From assembly GCA_903995005.1 (NCBI GenBank), contig CAJEZV010000001.1, positions 11,309 to 75,308 of the forward strand: 64,000 nt of DNA. Direction: 5' to 3'. Of this stretch, positions 32,573 through 43,339 are shown in pieces (within the stretch, counting starts at the first letter, position 1; each line of letters begins with the position of its first letter). The notes under the pieces were generated by a model, which ran no database searches, had not been told where the DNA came from, and saw nothing but the letters and a program-made list of their open reading frames with translations. The position numbers and the translations under genes are program-made. This DNA is from an uncultured beta proteobacterium. Its GTDB lineage: Bacteria; Pseudomonadota; Gammaproteobacteria; Burkholderiales; Burkholderiaceae.

Positions 32573-33702
32573 TGAAAATCTACGCAGTTGGTGGCGCAAT
32601 ACGGGACACCCTAATGGGTTTGCCTGTGCACGACATCGACTATGTAGTTGTTGGCTCTAGCGTTGATGAAATGATTGCCAAAGGCTTTCGTCCTGTGGGC
32701 AAGGATTTTCCAGTTTTTCTACATCCAGAAACTCAAGCTGAATATGCTTTAGCGCGTACTGAACGAAAAACAGGTCAAGGTTATAAAGGCTTTCATTTTT
32801 ATGCAGACCCTTCAGTGAGCTTAGAGCAAGACTTAGAGCGCCGTGATTTAACAATCAATGCAATGGCGCAAGAAATTGGTGCTGATGGAAAACAATTTGG
32901 CCCGATCATTGATCCCTTTAACGGTCAAGAAGATTTAGCTGGTAAAGTATTTCGTCACGTATCTGATGCATTTGCCGAAGATCCACTGCGTTTACTGCGC
33001 ATTTCACGCTTTGCCGCACGCTTCCCTGAATTTAGTATTGCCAATGAGACGATGGCAGCGTTAAAAGCGATTGTTCAATCTGGTGAGTTAAGCGCACTTT
33101 CAGCAGAGCGTATTTGGCAAGAGCTGGCTAGAGGCTTGATTTCTTCCAAGCCCATGCATATGTTTCAGGCCTTATTAAATACAGGCGCTAGCAAAAGTCT
33201 ATTGCCCGCATTGCTCAACGTAAAGCTTGCAGAAGAGCCTTTTCGTGAGACATTGATTGCGCATTACGAAGTAAGTGGTAATGGCTTAGAAGAGCGTTGC
33301 GCCATTACTTTGATGGATCTGCCTGCGAGTGATATTCGTTCTTGGGCTGAATGTGTGCGTATGCCCATTGAGTTGCGAGATTTCAGTGAAATTTTTAGTG
33401 AGCTGAGGGTATTGGTTCAGAAGTGCGCGCCCACCCCTTATCAATCTGTTGATGTCTTAGCTTGGTTTAATCGCGCTGATGTTTGGCGCAAACCAGATCG
33501 TGCCCAGTTATTGCTGAGCCTTGCCGACAAAATTGGATTTAATGTTTCTGCGTTGACGAATGCAATGCGCAAGGCCTTAGCATTAAATACAGCAGAGATT
33601 ATTGCTGGTGTTGAGGCGCAAGATCGATCGAATGGTGAGCGCATTGGTAGCGTATTTGAATCTGCAAGACTTGCTGCAATTACTACCGCACTTCAGTCTT
33701 AG
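32572..33702 (+). CDS. cca: CCA tRNA nucleotidyltransferase
   Basis: VGGAIRD, DIDYVV, RRDLTINA, EDPLR, ERIWQE. Confidence 0.93.
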   Translation: MKIYAVGGAIRDTLMGLPVHDIDYVVVGSSVDEMIAKGFRPVGKDFPVFLHPETQAEYALARTERKTGQGYKGFHFYADPSVSLEQDLERRDLTINAMAQEIGADGKQFGPIIDPFNGQEDLAGKVFRHVSDAFAEDPLRLLRISRFAARFPEFSIANETMAALKAIVQSGELSALSAERIWQELARGLISSKPMHMFQALLNTGASKSLLPALLNVKLAEEPFRETLIAHYEVSGNGLEERCAITLMDLPASDIRSWAECVRMPIELRDFSEIFSELRVLVQKCAPTPYQSVDVLAWFNRADVWRKPDRAQLLLSLADKIGFNVSALTNAMRKALALNTAEIIAGVEAQDRSNGERIGSVFESARLAAITTALQS

Positions 33703-33705
33703 ACT

Positions 33706-34893
33706 TTAGAGTCTATTTCTGCCCCGAAATCCAGGTAGATCTTCTAGAGAGTGTTCGGGCAACAAAGCGCCTAAATTTTTTGAGAAGGCGAACACCTTGA
33801 AGAGCTCACCCATTTCCGCTTCGGACAGTAGTTTTTGTAGTGAGTTTGAAATTGGCAAAAAAGTTTCAGGATCACTCGGATCCCCGATTTCTAAAGTAAT
33901 ATCGCCAATGCCAGCATCTAATAAATAAGCTGCTTGATTGCTGAGGTATACATCATCAGCATTTTCCGTAAGTGCGCTTCGTGCAATTTGTGACCACTCT
34001 ACATGGGTCGTCAAATCACAAAGGCCTGGAAGATAAAAAGGATCCTGAATTGCATGATGGCGATGGTGCGCCATTAGAGTGCCTTCAAGTCTTTGTGGGT
34101 GGTAGTACTCACTCTCTAGAAAACCATAGTCGAAGGTTAAAAACATGCCAGTATCTAATTGCTGCGCAACTTGGCGCATCCAGGCATTAGCAGGCATGTG
34201 CAACTCAGTGACGTAGCCCTCAGCAAAATTTCTACTTAAGAGACTTTCAGGCAATAGATCTTGAGCTACAGCCGAGCCCACTTTCCAAAGCAGCCTGTCA
34301 TTTTCAAAACTAACGCCATAGCGATACCAAAAGCCATTTTGATAAATGATGGCATCGCAGGGAATAGCATCGATGACTTCGTTGGCAAGAATGACGCCCT
34401 TAAATTGTGTTGGTAATTCGCTAAGCCAATTGCATTGAGTGGATAGATTTAATTCTTGAACAAGTCCGTCAATGCGTTCTTGCTGACGCTGTGCCAGGTC
34501 GGGAGAAATCTCGATGATGTCGTAGCGATCCAAGCTAAAGCCAAGATCATGAAGTCGACTCAGAATCGAGGTGGCAAGCTTTCCTGTTCCAGCCCCAAAT
34601 TCGAGGATTTGGGCAGGTAAACCTTTTTCTTTGAGGCCCTCAAGAACTGGCAATAAGGTGGAGCAAATGGCGGCTCCAAAGAGGGGGCTTAATTCAGGGG
34701 CTGTTGTGAAGTCCCCGCCGGCACCTAGTTTGTGTGCCCCAGCGCTGTAATAGCCCATTCCAGGCTCATATAGGGCCATCTCCATATACCGAGAAAATGC
34801 CAGCCAGCCGCCCTGAGAGGCGATCTGAGAGGCAATTTTGGCCTTGATAAGCTCGCTATGCTCCGTTTCCAGGCTGGTCAAGGTAATATCCAT
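33706..34893 (-). CDS. SAM-dependent methyltransferase, MidA/NDUFAF7 family
   Basis: ALY.PG.GYY, GDFTTAPE, EFGAGTG, ANEV.DA, DYG, DLTTHV, EMGELFKV. Confidence 0.9.
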   Translation of the reverse strand: MDITLTSLETEHSELIKAKIASQIASQGGWLAFSRYMEMALYEPGMGYYSAGAHKLGAGGDFTTAPELSPLFGAAICSTLLPVLEGLKEKGLPAQILEFGAGTGKLATSILSRLHDLGFSLDRYDIIEISPDLAQRQQERIDGLVQELNLSTQCNWLSELPTQFKGVILANEVIDAIPCDAIIYQNGFWYRYGVSFENDRLLWKVGSAVAQDLLPESLLSRNFAEGYVTELHMPANAWMRQVAQQLDTGMFLTFDYGFLESEYYHPQRLEGTLMAHHRHHAIQDPFYLPGLCDLTTHVEWSQIARSALTENADDVYLSNQAAYLLDAGIGDITLEIGDPSDPETFLPISNSLQKLLSEAEMGELFKVFAFSKNLGALLPEHSLEDLPGFRGRNRL

Positions 34894-34918
34894 AGCTCGC
34901 TAGTCTAAGAGAATTTAA

Positions 34919-35725
34919 TTGAACTCACCCTCATCCCGGCAACAGAAAGCAGTTTTAGTGACCGGCGCTGCCAAGCGTCTAGGTCGGGAAATTGCTTTGG
35001 AGTTTGCACGCCAGGGGTGGGAAGTGGCAGTTCATTATGGGCGATCTGAGCAAGATGCTCAGGAAACCGTCAAAAAAATTCAGGCTATTGGGGTCCAGGC
35101 TCAAGCTTTCCAGGCAGATTTGGAAGACGATAGCGCTATCAAAAAACTCTTTACTGCAGTCACTAAACAATTTGCCAATTTGCATTGCCTAGTAAATAGC
35201 GCGTCTATTTTCGAGTACGATCGCGCCAATTCGGATACACCGTTGAGCGCGGCAAGTTTACAAAACCACATGCAGGTGAATTTGACAGCACCCATTTTGC
35301 TATCTCAGCTAATGTTTGAATATCAGCAAAATAATTCAAATAAAACAGATGGTGATCACTTGCCATCTGTCATTCAATTGCTTGATCAAAAGTTAATTAA
35401 TCTCAATCCAGATTATTTGTCATATACCTTGTCTAAAGCAGCTTTAGCAACTTCCGTTGAAGTATTGGCGCTGGATTTTGCTCCTCACCTCAGGGTGGTT
35501 GGCTTGGCACCTGGAATTTCCTTGCCATCTGGTGATCAAACGAATAATGGATTTGCAAAAGCACATCAAATGACGCCATTAGGAAAGTCATCAACACCAA
35601 TTGATATTGCTACAGCAGCTGTATTTTTGGCGCAAGCGAATGCGATTACTGGCACCACCTTATATGTTGATGGTGGCCAACATTTATTACCCTCATCACG
35701 TGATGTGATGTTCAAGACAAATTAA
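34919..35725 (+). CDS. SDR oxidoreductase, pteridine reductase/FolM-like
   Basis: TGAAKRLG, VHY, NSAS, YTLSK; upstream of folB. Confidence 0.85.
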   Translation: MNSPSSRQQKAVLVTGAAKRLGREIALEFARQGWEVAVHYGRSEQDAQETVKKIQAIGVQAQAFQADLEDDSAIKKLFTAVTKQFANLHCLVNSASIFEYDRANSDTPLSAASLQNHMQVNLTAPILLSQLMFEYQQNNSNKTDGDHLPSVIQLLDQKLINLNPDYLSYTLSKAALATSVEVLALDFAPHLRVVGLAPGISLPSGDQTNNGFAKAHQMTPLGKSSTPIDIATAAVFLAQANAITGTTLYVDGGQHLLPSSRDVMFKTN

Positions 35726-35736
35726 GTAGGTTATTC

Positions 35737-36132
35737 ATGCACGCAATGCTTTCTCACCCAGCTCTCGCAGATTGTCGCCGTTTATTTTTACGCGACTATG
35801 AAATCTATATCAATATTGGCGTTCATGATTTTGAGAAAAAGGCAGAGCAACGCGTGACTCTAAACGTAGATCTCTACATTCCATTAGCCATGAATACTCC
35901 AACGCATGATCAGTTGGAGGAAGTGGTTGATTACGACTTTATGCGCGAAACCATTAAGGCACGTGCCTCTAAAGGCCATATTCATCTTCAGGAAACTTTT
36001 TGTGATGACATCGTAGCTGCAATGCTGGCTCATCCTGAGGTATTGGCTGCGCGAGTTAGTACAGCCAAGCCAGATGTATATCCAGATTGTCATTCTGTTG
36101 GTGTCGAAGTATTTCGGATTAAGCAAGCGTAA
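35737..36132 (+). CDS. folB: Dihydroneopterin aldolase
   Basis: IGVHDFE...Q, VDY, HIHLQE, KP. Confidence 0.88.
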   Translation: MHAMLSHPALADCRRLFLRDYEIYINIGVHDFEKKAEQRVTLNVDLYIPLAMNTPTHDQLEEVVDYDFMRETIKARASKGHIHLQETFCDDIVAAMLAHPEVLAARVSTAKPDVYPDCHSVGVEVFRIKQA

Positions 36133-36142
36133 GTGATTAGTC

Positions 36143-37051
36143 ATGGGTGATATTCGTAAAGTTGTTTTCGAAGAGAACAAGCTAGAGAAAAAACTCTGCC
36201 GCTTAGTAGGTCAGGCTATCGGTGACTTTGGCATGATTGAAGATGGTGACAAAGTGATGGTGTGCGTGTCTGGCGGCAAGGATAGTTACGCCATGCTGGA
36301 TATTCTGATGAAGTTACGTGAGCGCGCTCCAATTCATTTCGAGATCATTGCTGTTAACTTGGATCAGAAGCAGCCCAACTTTCCCGAGGAAATATTGCCC
36401 AATTATTTAAAGAGCTTGGGTGTTCAGTTTTATATTGAAGAGCAAGATACTTACAGTATCGTCAAGCGGGTTATTCCAGAAGGTAAAACAACGTGCGGCC
36501 TATGTTCGCGTTTACGCCGGGGCATTTTGTATCGCGTGGCAGATGAATTGGGTGCAACAAAGATTGCTCTAGGCCATCATCGCGATGATATTTTAGAAAC
36601 CTTGATGCTGAATATGTTTTATGCGGGCAAATTAAAAGGTATGCCCCCTAAGTTACGTTCTGATGATGGCAAGCATATTGTTATCCGTCCTTTAGCCTAT
36701 GTGCCCGAGAAATTACTTGAGCGCTATGCGGGCGATATGAATTTCCCGATCATTCCTTGCGATCTTTGCGGCAGTCAGCCCAATCTTCAGCGTCAGGTAA
36801 TGAAGGAAATGTTGCGTGATTGGGAGAAGAAGCACCCTGGCCGAGTAGAAAATCTCTTTCGCTCAATGCACCACATCGTCCCATCCCATTTAATGGATGG
36901 TGAAGCCTTTGATTTCCAAAACCTAGAGATTTCTACCGAGCTATCTGGCATTGCCGCTAGATCACCCGGCGATAAGGCGATTGATGAGGCGGAATTAGAC
37001 GAATTGGCTTGTGGAACTCTCATTCAGGGGACTTATAATCCCCCCTTATGA
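36143..37051 (+). CDS. ttcA: tRNA 2-thiocytidine(32) synthetase TtcA
   Basis: SGGKDS PP-loop, CGLC and CDLC motifs, GHHRDD. Confidence 0.96.
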   Translation: MGDIRKVVFEENKLEKKLCRLVGQAIGDFGMIEDGDKVMVCVSGGKDSYAMLDILMKLRERAPIHFEIIAVNLDQKQPNFPEEILPNYLKSLGVQFYIEEQDTYSIVKRVIPEGKTTCGLCSRLRRGILYRVADELGATKIALGHHRDDILETLMLNMFYAGKLKGMPPKLRSDDGKHIVIRPLAYVPEKLLERYAGDMNFPIIPCDLCGSQPNLQRQVMKEMLRDWEKKHPGRVENLFRSMHHIVPSHLMDGEAFDFQNLEISTELSGIAARSPGDKAIDEAELDELACGTLIQGTYNPPL

Positions 37052-38523
37052 ATATCGTCATCTTGGCTGCTGGGCAAGGAAAGCGGATGAAATCCGCCCT
37101 GCCTAAGGTTCTGCAAACGCTAGCAGGGAAGCCTCTCCTTCAGCACGTCCTTGTTAATGCTTTATCACTACAAAACAAGCAGACCAAAAACGGTCCAATC
37201 GTGGTGGTTGGTCATGGTGCTGCCGATGTTAAAGAATTCCTAGCCAATGCAAGTAAAGTAGATCCGAGCTTTAGCAAAGTCTCCACTGCACTCCAGGCTG
37301 AGCAAAAGGGTACAGGCCATGCTCTGCTGCAAGCGCTTCCAAAATTGGATGTGCAAGAACCTACTTTGGTTCTCTATGGTGATGTCCCGCTGACCAGTAA
37401 AAAAACTTTAAGTAAATTGGCTAAATTAGCGGATGGTGTGCGTGGCCAAGATTCTGCTCTGGCATTGCTTACTCAGAATCTAGAAAACCCAAAGGGCTAT
37501 GGCCGTATTGTTCGTGATGCCGATGGTTCAGTCCAGGAGATTGTTGAAGAGAAAGATGCAACACCCGCACAAAAAGCGATTCATGAAATTAATACCGGCA
37601 TCATGGTATTGCCAACTAATGCATTAAAGAAATGGCTTAAAGCTTTGCGCGCCAGTAACGCCCAAGGCGAATATTATTTAACCGATGTGATTGCGATGGC
37701 CGTGAAAGATGGCGTTCCCATTCGCACCACACAAGCAGATGATGAATTTGAAACAGTTGGCGTCAATAGCCGTGACCAGTTGGCGTCACTAGAGCGCATT
37801 CATCAACTTAATATTGCCAATCAATTGATGGATGCTGGCGTGTCATTAGCCGATCCCGCACGTATTGATGTGCGCGGCACACTCGAGTGCGGTACCGATG
37901 TTTTCATTGACGTAGGTTGTGTCTTTGAAGGCTGTGTCACTCTAGCGGCACGAACAACAATTGGCCCTTACTGTGTGATTCGCAACAGCGTTATTGGTAA
38001 AGGGGTAGCAGTACATCCCTACAGTCATATTGATGGCGCCAAAGTTGGCAACCAGTCAGTGATTGGACCCTATGCACGGTTACGTCCCGGCGCTGATTTA
38101 TCCAACGATGTTCATATTGGTAACTTCGTTGAAGTAAAGAACAGCAAAATTGCTGCGAATAGCAAAGCAAATCATCTGGCTTACGTCGGTGACTCTATTG
38201 TGGGCTCGAGAGTCAATATTGGCGCAGGCACTATTACTTGTAACTACGATGGCGTGAATAAGCATCAAACAATTATTGAGGATGATGTTTTTATTGGTTC
38301 CGATACGCAGCTAGTGGCTCCGGTGCGTGTTGGCCGCGGTGCTACATTAGGTGCAGGTACAACCCTGACAAAAGATGCGCCGGCAAATCAGCTAACAGTA
38401 TCTAGAGCAAGGCAAGTTTCTTTGCAGTGGAAGCGTCCTGTTAAGCAAGAGAAAAAGCCTGCTACAAAGAAAGTGGCTAGCAAGAAAGTCGCCCCCAAAA
38501 AAAACGGAAAGGGTAAAAAATAA
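37048..38523 (+). CDS. glmU: Bifunctional UDP-GlcNAc pyrophosphorylase/acetyltransferase
   Basis: [17 protein letters not shown], hexapeptide repeats, NYDG. Confidence 0.97.
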   Translation: MNIVILAAGQGKRMKSALPKVLQTLAGKPLLQHVLVNALSLQNKQTKNGPIVVVGHGAADVKEFLANASKVDPSFSKVSTALQAEQKGTGHALLQALPKLDVQEPTLVLYGDVPLTSKKTLSKLAKLADGVRGQDSALALLTQNLENPKGYGRIVRDADGSVQEIVEEKDATPAQKAIHEINTGIMVLPTNALKKWLKALRASNAQGEYYLTDVIAMAVKDGVPIRTTQADDEFETVGVNSRDQLASLERIHQLNIANQLMDAGVSLADPARIDVRGTLECGTDVFIDVGCVFEGCVTLAARTTIGPYCVIRNSVIGKGVAVHPYSHIDGAKVGNQSVIGPYARLRPGADLSNDVHIGNFVEVKNSKIAANSKANHLAYVGDSIVGSRVNIGAGTITCNYDGVNKHQTIIEDDVFIGSDTQLVAPVRVGRGATLGAGTTLTKDAPANQLTVSRARQVSLQWKRPVKQEKKPATKKVASKKVAPKKNGKGKK

Positions 38524-40355
38524 TGTGCGGTATTGTTGGCGCAGCATCCCATAAAAATATTGTTGATGTGCTAGTTGAAGGCTTGCGTCGCCTTGAGTAC
38601 CGTGGGTACGATTCATGTGGATTTGCGATTATCAATGGAGACGATGCTCAGCATCCAATTGAAAGAGCTCGCACTACAGCCCGCGTTTCTGAGTTAGCTG
38701 AGCAGGGGAAAGAGTTCGTCGGTACCGTTGGTATTGCCCATACACGCTGGGCTACGCATGGCAAGCCGGATACACAAAATGCACACCCGCATATTTCTAA
38801 TGGCCTGATTGCTGTTGTACATAACGGCATTATTGAGAATTACGAACCCTTGCGCTCAGAATTAAAAGCTGCTGGCTATGTGTTCACTTCAGAGACCGAT
38901 ACTGAGGTGATTGCCCATTTGATTTATCAACAATACGTTGCCGATGGCCAAAAAGATATCGCCCAATCAGTCAGAATAGTTTTGCCTAAATTACATGGTG
39001 CATACGCTATAGGCGTAATTGCTCAAGATCAACCTACAACCCTAATTGGCGCGCGTGCTGGCTCACCTTTAGTCATAGCCTTGGGTGATCATGAAAACTT
39101 TTTAGCCTCAGATGCACTTGCTTTGGCTGGACGTGCTGGCTCGATGATGTACTTGGAAGAAGGCGATGTCGCTATCCTCAAGGCGGACAGCGTAGAAGTG
39201 ATTGATCAATCCGGCAGGTCTGTGCAAAGAGATCGTAAGCCAATGCCTACACAGGCAGACTCTGTGGATCTTGGCCCTTATCAGCATTACATGCAAAAAG
39301 AGATCTTTGAGCAACCTCGTGCGATTGGCGATACGCTGGCTAATATTGCTTCTTTTGGCCCAGAGCTCTTTAATGCAAATGCTGATGACTGGAAAAAATT
39401 TGATCAAATCTTAATTTTGGCCTGTGGTACCAGTTATTACTCGGCATGTGTTGGTAAATATTGGCTCGAAGATATCGCTGGTATTCCAACTCAAGTTGAG
39501 ATTGCAAGCGAGTATCGTTATCGCACTACTGTTCCAAATCCAAAAACTTTGATTGTGGTCGTATCTCAATCAGGCGAGACAGCAGATACGTTAGCGGCCC
39601 TGCGTCATGCCAAGAGTCTTGGGCATCAGTACACCCTGTCAATTTGTAACGTTGCTAGTAGCGCCATGGTTCGTGAAACGGGTTGGCACTTTTTAACTAA
39701 AGCCGGCACTGAAATTGGTGTTGCCTCGACAAAAGCCTTTACTACACAGTTATTGGCACTTTACCTTTTGGCAGTTTCATTAGCCAAGCGTGCAGGGAGA
39801 ATCTCTCCTGAAAAAGAAAAAGAGTTACTTCGCGAATTGCGTCATTTACCTAAAGCGCTGCATGCAGTATTGGCGCTAGAGCCGCAAATTATCGCCTGGA
39901 GTGATGTGTTTTCTAAATGTGAGAATGCCCTTTTCTTAGGGCGCGGTCTCCATTACCCAATCGCACTCGAAGGCGCATTGAAGTTAAAAGAGATTTCATA
40001 CATTCATGCTGAGGCTTATCCAGCTGGCGAGTTAAAGCATGGTCCATTGGCATTGGTAACTGACAAAATGCCAGTTGTAACAGTTGCTCCAAAGGATGAG
40101 CTTCTTGAAAAACTCAAATCCAATATGGAAGAAGTTAAAGCGCGTGGCGGTAAACTTTACGTGTTTGCCGATCAAGATGCTGTGATTGTGAGTAGCGATG
40201 GTATTAATGTCATTCGCTTACCGGAACACTATGGAAAACTTTCTCCAATCCTACATGTAGTGCCTCTACAGCTTCTGGCGTATCACACGGCCTGTTCGCG
40301 CGGCACTGATGTAGATAAGCCAAGAAATCTTGCGAAGAGTGTTACTGTCGAATAA
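38523..40355 (+). CDS. glmS: Glutamine-fructose-6-phosphate aminotransferase
   Basis: [31 protein letters not shown]. Confidence 0.98.
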   Translation: MCGIVGAASHKNIVDVLVEGLRRLEYRGYDSCGFAIINGDDAQHPIERARTTARVSELAEQGKEFVGTVGIAHTRWATHGKPDTQNAHPHISNGLIAVVHNGIIENYEPLRSELKAAGYVFTSETDTEVIAHLIYQQYVADGQKDIAQSVRIVLPKLHGAYAIGVIAQDQPTTLIGARAGSPLVIALGDHENFLASDALALAGRAGSMMYLEEGDVAILKADSVEVIDQSGRSVQRDRKPMPTQADSVDLGPYQHYMQKEIFEQPRAIGDTLANIASFGPELFNANADDWKKFDQILILACGTSYYSACVGKYWLEDIAGIPTQVEIASEYRYRTTVPNPKTLIVVVSQSGETADTLAALRHAKSLGHQYTLSICNVASSAMVRETGWHFLTKAGTEIGVASTKAFTTQLLALYLLAVSLAKRAGRISPEKEKELLRELRHLPKALHAVLALEPQIIAWSDVFSKCENALFLGRGLHYPIALEGALKLKEISYIHAEAYPAGELKHGPLALVTDKMPVVTVAPKDELLEKLKSNMEEVKARGGKLYVFADQDAVIVSSDGINVIRLPEHYGKLSPILHVVPLQLLAYHTACSRGTDVDKPRNLAKSVTVE

Positions 40356-40404
40356 TTTTCAGGTTTGACATTTTCCCAAAGCTGTGAACAAATTTAAGTA
40401 GTTA

Positions 40405-40430
40405 AATCAGGGCTTTGCAGGGCTCTGATT
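40405..40430 (+). terminator. Possible hairpin/terminator after glmS
   Basis: AATCAGGGC...GCTCTGATT imperfect stem with G-U pairs; weak U tail. Confidence 0.35.
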
Positions 40431-40481
40431 GTATTTCTGTGTTCAAATAAGTCTTGTAAAAGAGGATATTTACTGCAATTC

Positions 40482-42023
40482 ATGTTTCGGTCAAAAGCAC
40501 TTCCATTCTCACGTTTGAATTTACTTCTGTTAATTTTTACAGGGGTGCTATCTGCTTGTGCGTCCGGCCCTGATTTTAAGCAACCTGATGCCCCTAAGAC
40601 TAAGACCTATACAGAGGATCCACTTTCTCAAAAATTAGCAACTGCTCCTGGGGTGCCAGGAGGCACTCCTCAAGAATTTACGCAGGGGGCGGATATAGAG
40701 GCGCAATGGTGGACGCTTTATAAGTCTCCGGAGCTAGATGCGCTAATTAAAAAAGCACTTGAGCAGAATCCAAGCTTAGGTGCAGCAGACGCAGCATTAC
40801 GTGCCGCACAAGAGAATGTGAACGCTCAAATTGGTGGCCAATATTTTCCAGCGGTAAGCGTCGGTGGCACGGCCGCTCGACAACTTCAGCCATCGGCAAT
40901 TTATGGCCTGCCATACGGATCTGACACTTACAATCTTTATAACACCTCGGTAAATGTTACTTATAAGTTAGATGTCTTTGGTGGTGCACGCCGTGCAGTA
41001 GAGGGTGCTAGAGCCCAGGCTGAAGTGGCTCAGTTTCAACTAGAAGGCGCATATCTTTCTCTAACTGCTAATGTAGTCACAAGCGCAGTTAAAGAGGCGG
41101 CCTTACGTGCGCAAATGCAAGCGACCGAAGAAATCTTAAAAGCCCAAACCAATTTAGCAGAAGTGACGGAAAAGCAATTAAAGATTGGTGCAGTTAATAA
41201 GGTTGATTTGACTTCCCAGCAAACCTTAGTGGCAAGTTCACAGGTTGATTTATTTAACTATGAAAGAAATTTAGCGTTTGCTCGTAATCAGTTGGCAGTG
41301 CTTGTTGGCGAGCTACCTAGCAACGCCAATGTTGCAAAGTTTGATCTCTCAAATTTGCACTTGCCTGAGAAGTTACCGCTCTCCGTCCCGTCAAATTTAG
41401 TGCGTCAGCGTCCTGATGTGCGAGCTGCAGAGGCTCAACTCAAGGCGCAGAATGCCTTTGTTGGGGTAGCTACAGCAAATTTATTGCCGCAATTTAATAT
41501 CACTGGGTCAATTGGCTCTGCTGCACTCACTTCTGCTGCATTATTTGGCCCTAACTCTGCTTTGTGGTCCATTGGTGGCGGAATTTTGCAGCCGCTGTTT
41601 CAGGGCGGTCAGCTGTTAGCGCAGCGTCGAGGTGCGATTGCAAATTATGAGCAAGCAGCTTTTCAGTATCAGTCCACAGTCTTGAACGCATTCCAAGAAG
41701 TGGCTAATGCATTGCGCGCGCTCGAGACTGGTGCACAAGCCCTAAAAGCTGCATCAGATGCAGAGCGTTATGCCTTTGAAACGCTCGACCTAGTTCAGCA
41801 GCAATATAAATTGGGCACTGCCAGTTACTTAGCAGTCCTGTATTACCAAAATCAGTATCAACAGGCAAAAGTGAAATCAGTCGCGGCTCAAGCAACCCGT
41901 TTTTCTGATACAGCAGCATTATTTGCAGCATTGGGTGGTGGTTGGTGGAATCGTGAGGGCCCGGCTTTTAAACGAAAAGACATAGCGAACAAAGATCAAA
42001 ATGAAACTTCTGGAAACAATTAA
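40482..42023 (+). CDS. RND efflux outer-membrane factor lipoprotein (NodT/OprM family)
   Basis: Lipobox LSAC, WW, RPDVRAAE, ALGGGW. Confidence 0.93.
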   Translation: MFRSKALPFSRLNLLLLIFTGVLSACASGPDFKQPDAPKTKTYTEDPLSQKLATAPGVPGGTPQEFTQGADIEAQWWTLYKSPELDALIKKALEQNPSLGAADAALRAAQENVNAQIGGQYFPAVSVGGTAARQLQPSAIYGLPYGSDTYNLYNTSVNVTYKLDVFGGARRAVEGARAQAEVAQFQLEGAYLSLTANVVTSAVKEAALRAQMQATEEILKAQTNLAEVTEKQLKIGAVNKVDLTSQQTLVASSQVDLFNYERNLAFARNQLAVLVGELPSNANVAKFDLSNLHLPEKLPLSVPSNLVRQRPDVRAAEAQLKAQNAFVGVATANLLPQFNITGSIGSAALTSAALFGPNSALWSIGGGILQPLFQGGQLLAQRRGAIANYEQAAFQYQSTVLNAFQEVANALRALETGAQALKAASDAERYAFETLDLVQQQYKLGTASYLAVLYYQNQYQQAKVKSVAAQATRFSDTAALFAALGGGWWNREGPAFKRKDIANKDQNETSGNN

Positions 42024-43332
42024 GAACAAAGTCATTGCTATCGTTCTTGCCTTATGGGCATGGATGAAGTTAAGGGCGGTTGAGTGGAAATTACGTGAGA
42101 GATTAATTACCCTCTGGGAAAAAGCCAAAGCCTTCTATACTCGTATGGGTCAGAAATGGCGTAGTACAAAGATATATGCAAAGTTGATGGCAATGGAGCC
42201 ATTGCCGCGTCGCATGACTATTATGTTGTGTGGCGTTTTCTTATTGCTGGGATTGATTTTTGCCTTTAATCAATTCAAGACTTTCATGATTAAGCATTTC
42301 ATTTCAGGAATGGGACTACCCCCAGCGACAGTTTCAACGATGGTAGTCGCCACTTCTGAATGGCAACCCAAACTCACTAGTGTTGGTAACGTCCGCGCCT
42401 TTAGGGGGGTAGAATTGAGTACAGAGATTGGCGGCCTGGTATCAACTGTGCCTATTAAGTCTGGACAAGACGTCAAAGAGGGCGAGTTATTAATTAAATT
42501 AAATGATGCCTCTGATGTGGCACAGCTCAAGTCCTTAAAGGCAATGGCTGATCTTGCTAAGGTTATTAATGAGCGTGACAGACAGCAGCTTGCCATTCAA
42601 GCGATTAGTAAAAATGTGTTTGATACTAGTGCAGCTGATGCAAATTCTAAGCAGGCACAGGTTGAGTCTCAAACAGCTCTAGTTGCTAAAAAGAATTTGA
42701 AGGCGCCATTTAGTGGGCGCGTCGGTATCGTATCGATTAACCCTGGTCAGTATGTTAATCCAGGCGATAAACTTTTAACCTTACAAACCCTAGACCCTAT
42801 TTTTGTGGACTTTAACTTGCCACAAAGTAATGCAGAGCAAATTCAAGTGGGCCAAGAGGTGACTGTTACTACGGATGCATTTAAAGATGCCAGTTTTACC
42901 GGCAAGATTACTGCCGTTAGTCCAAAAGTCGATACCAATACCCGCAATATCCAAGTTGAGGCACAACTTGCTAACCCTGATAAGAAAATTCTTCCCGGAA
43001 TGTTTGCCAATGTAAACATAAAGGTTGGTGAACAAGAGAAATTACTAACCTTGCCACAAACAGCTGTGACCTATAACCCATATGGCTCAACAGTATTCAT
43101 TGCTAAGCCTACAGGTAAGAAAGATAAAAAAGGTAATCCGGCTCTAGAAGCCCAACAGGTATTTGTTACTACTGGGGCAACCCGAGGCGATCAAGTGGCA
43201 ATCCTCAAGGGGGTTGAAGAGGGCGCAACAATTGTGACAAGCGGTCAGCTAAAGCTAAAGAATGGTACGCCACTCATTATTAATAACAAGGTGCAACCAG
43301 CGAATTCACCTGACCCTAAGCCACAGGAATAG
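42001..43332 (+). CDS. RND efflux periplasmic adaptor (MFP)
   Basis: APFSGRVG, PGQYV, PGMF, TSGQLKL; long N-terminal extension. Confidence 0.92.
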   Translation: MKLLETIKNKVIAIVLALWAWMKLRAVEWKLRERLITLWEKAKAFYTRMGQKWRSTKIYAKLMAMEPLPRRMTIMLCGVFLLLGLIFAFNQFKTFMIKHFISGMGLPPATVSTMVVATSEWQPKLTSVGNVRAFRGVELSTEIGGLVSTVPIKSGQDVKEGELLIKLNDASDVAQLKSLKAMADLAKVINERDRQQLAIQAISKNVFDTSAADANSKQAQVESQTALVAKKNLKAPFSGRVGIVSINPGQYVNPGDKLLTLQTLDPIFVDFNLPQSNAEQIQVGQEVTVTTDAFKDASFTGKITAVSPKVDTNTRNIQVEAQLANPDKKILPGMFANVNIKVGEQEKLLTLPQTAVTYNPYGSTVFIAKPTGKKDKKGNPALEAQQVFVTTGATRGDQVAILKGVEEGATIVTSGQLKLKNGTPLIINNKVQPANSPDPKPQE

Positions 43333-43339
43333 TGAGTAA

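Noticed and set aside
40356-40481. Tn7-like insertion at attTn7 after glmS (a TGT occurs ~27 bp past the stop)
   Set aside because: No repeated TnsB-type sites, no matching other end or target duplication, no tns genes, and downstream genes look native.
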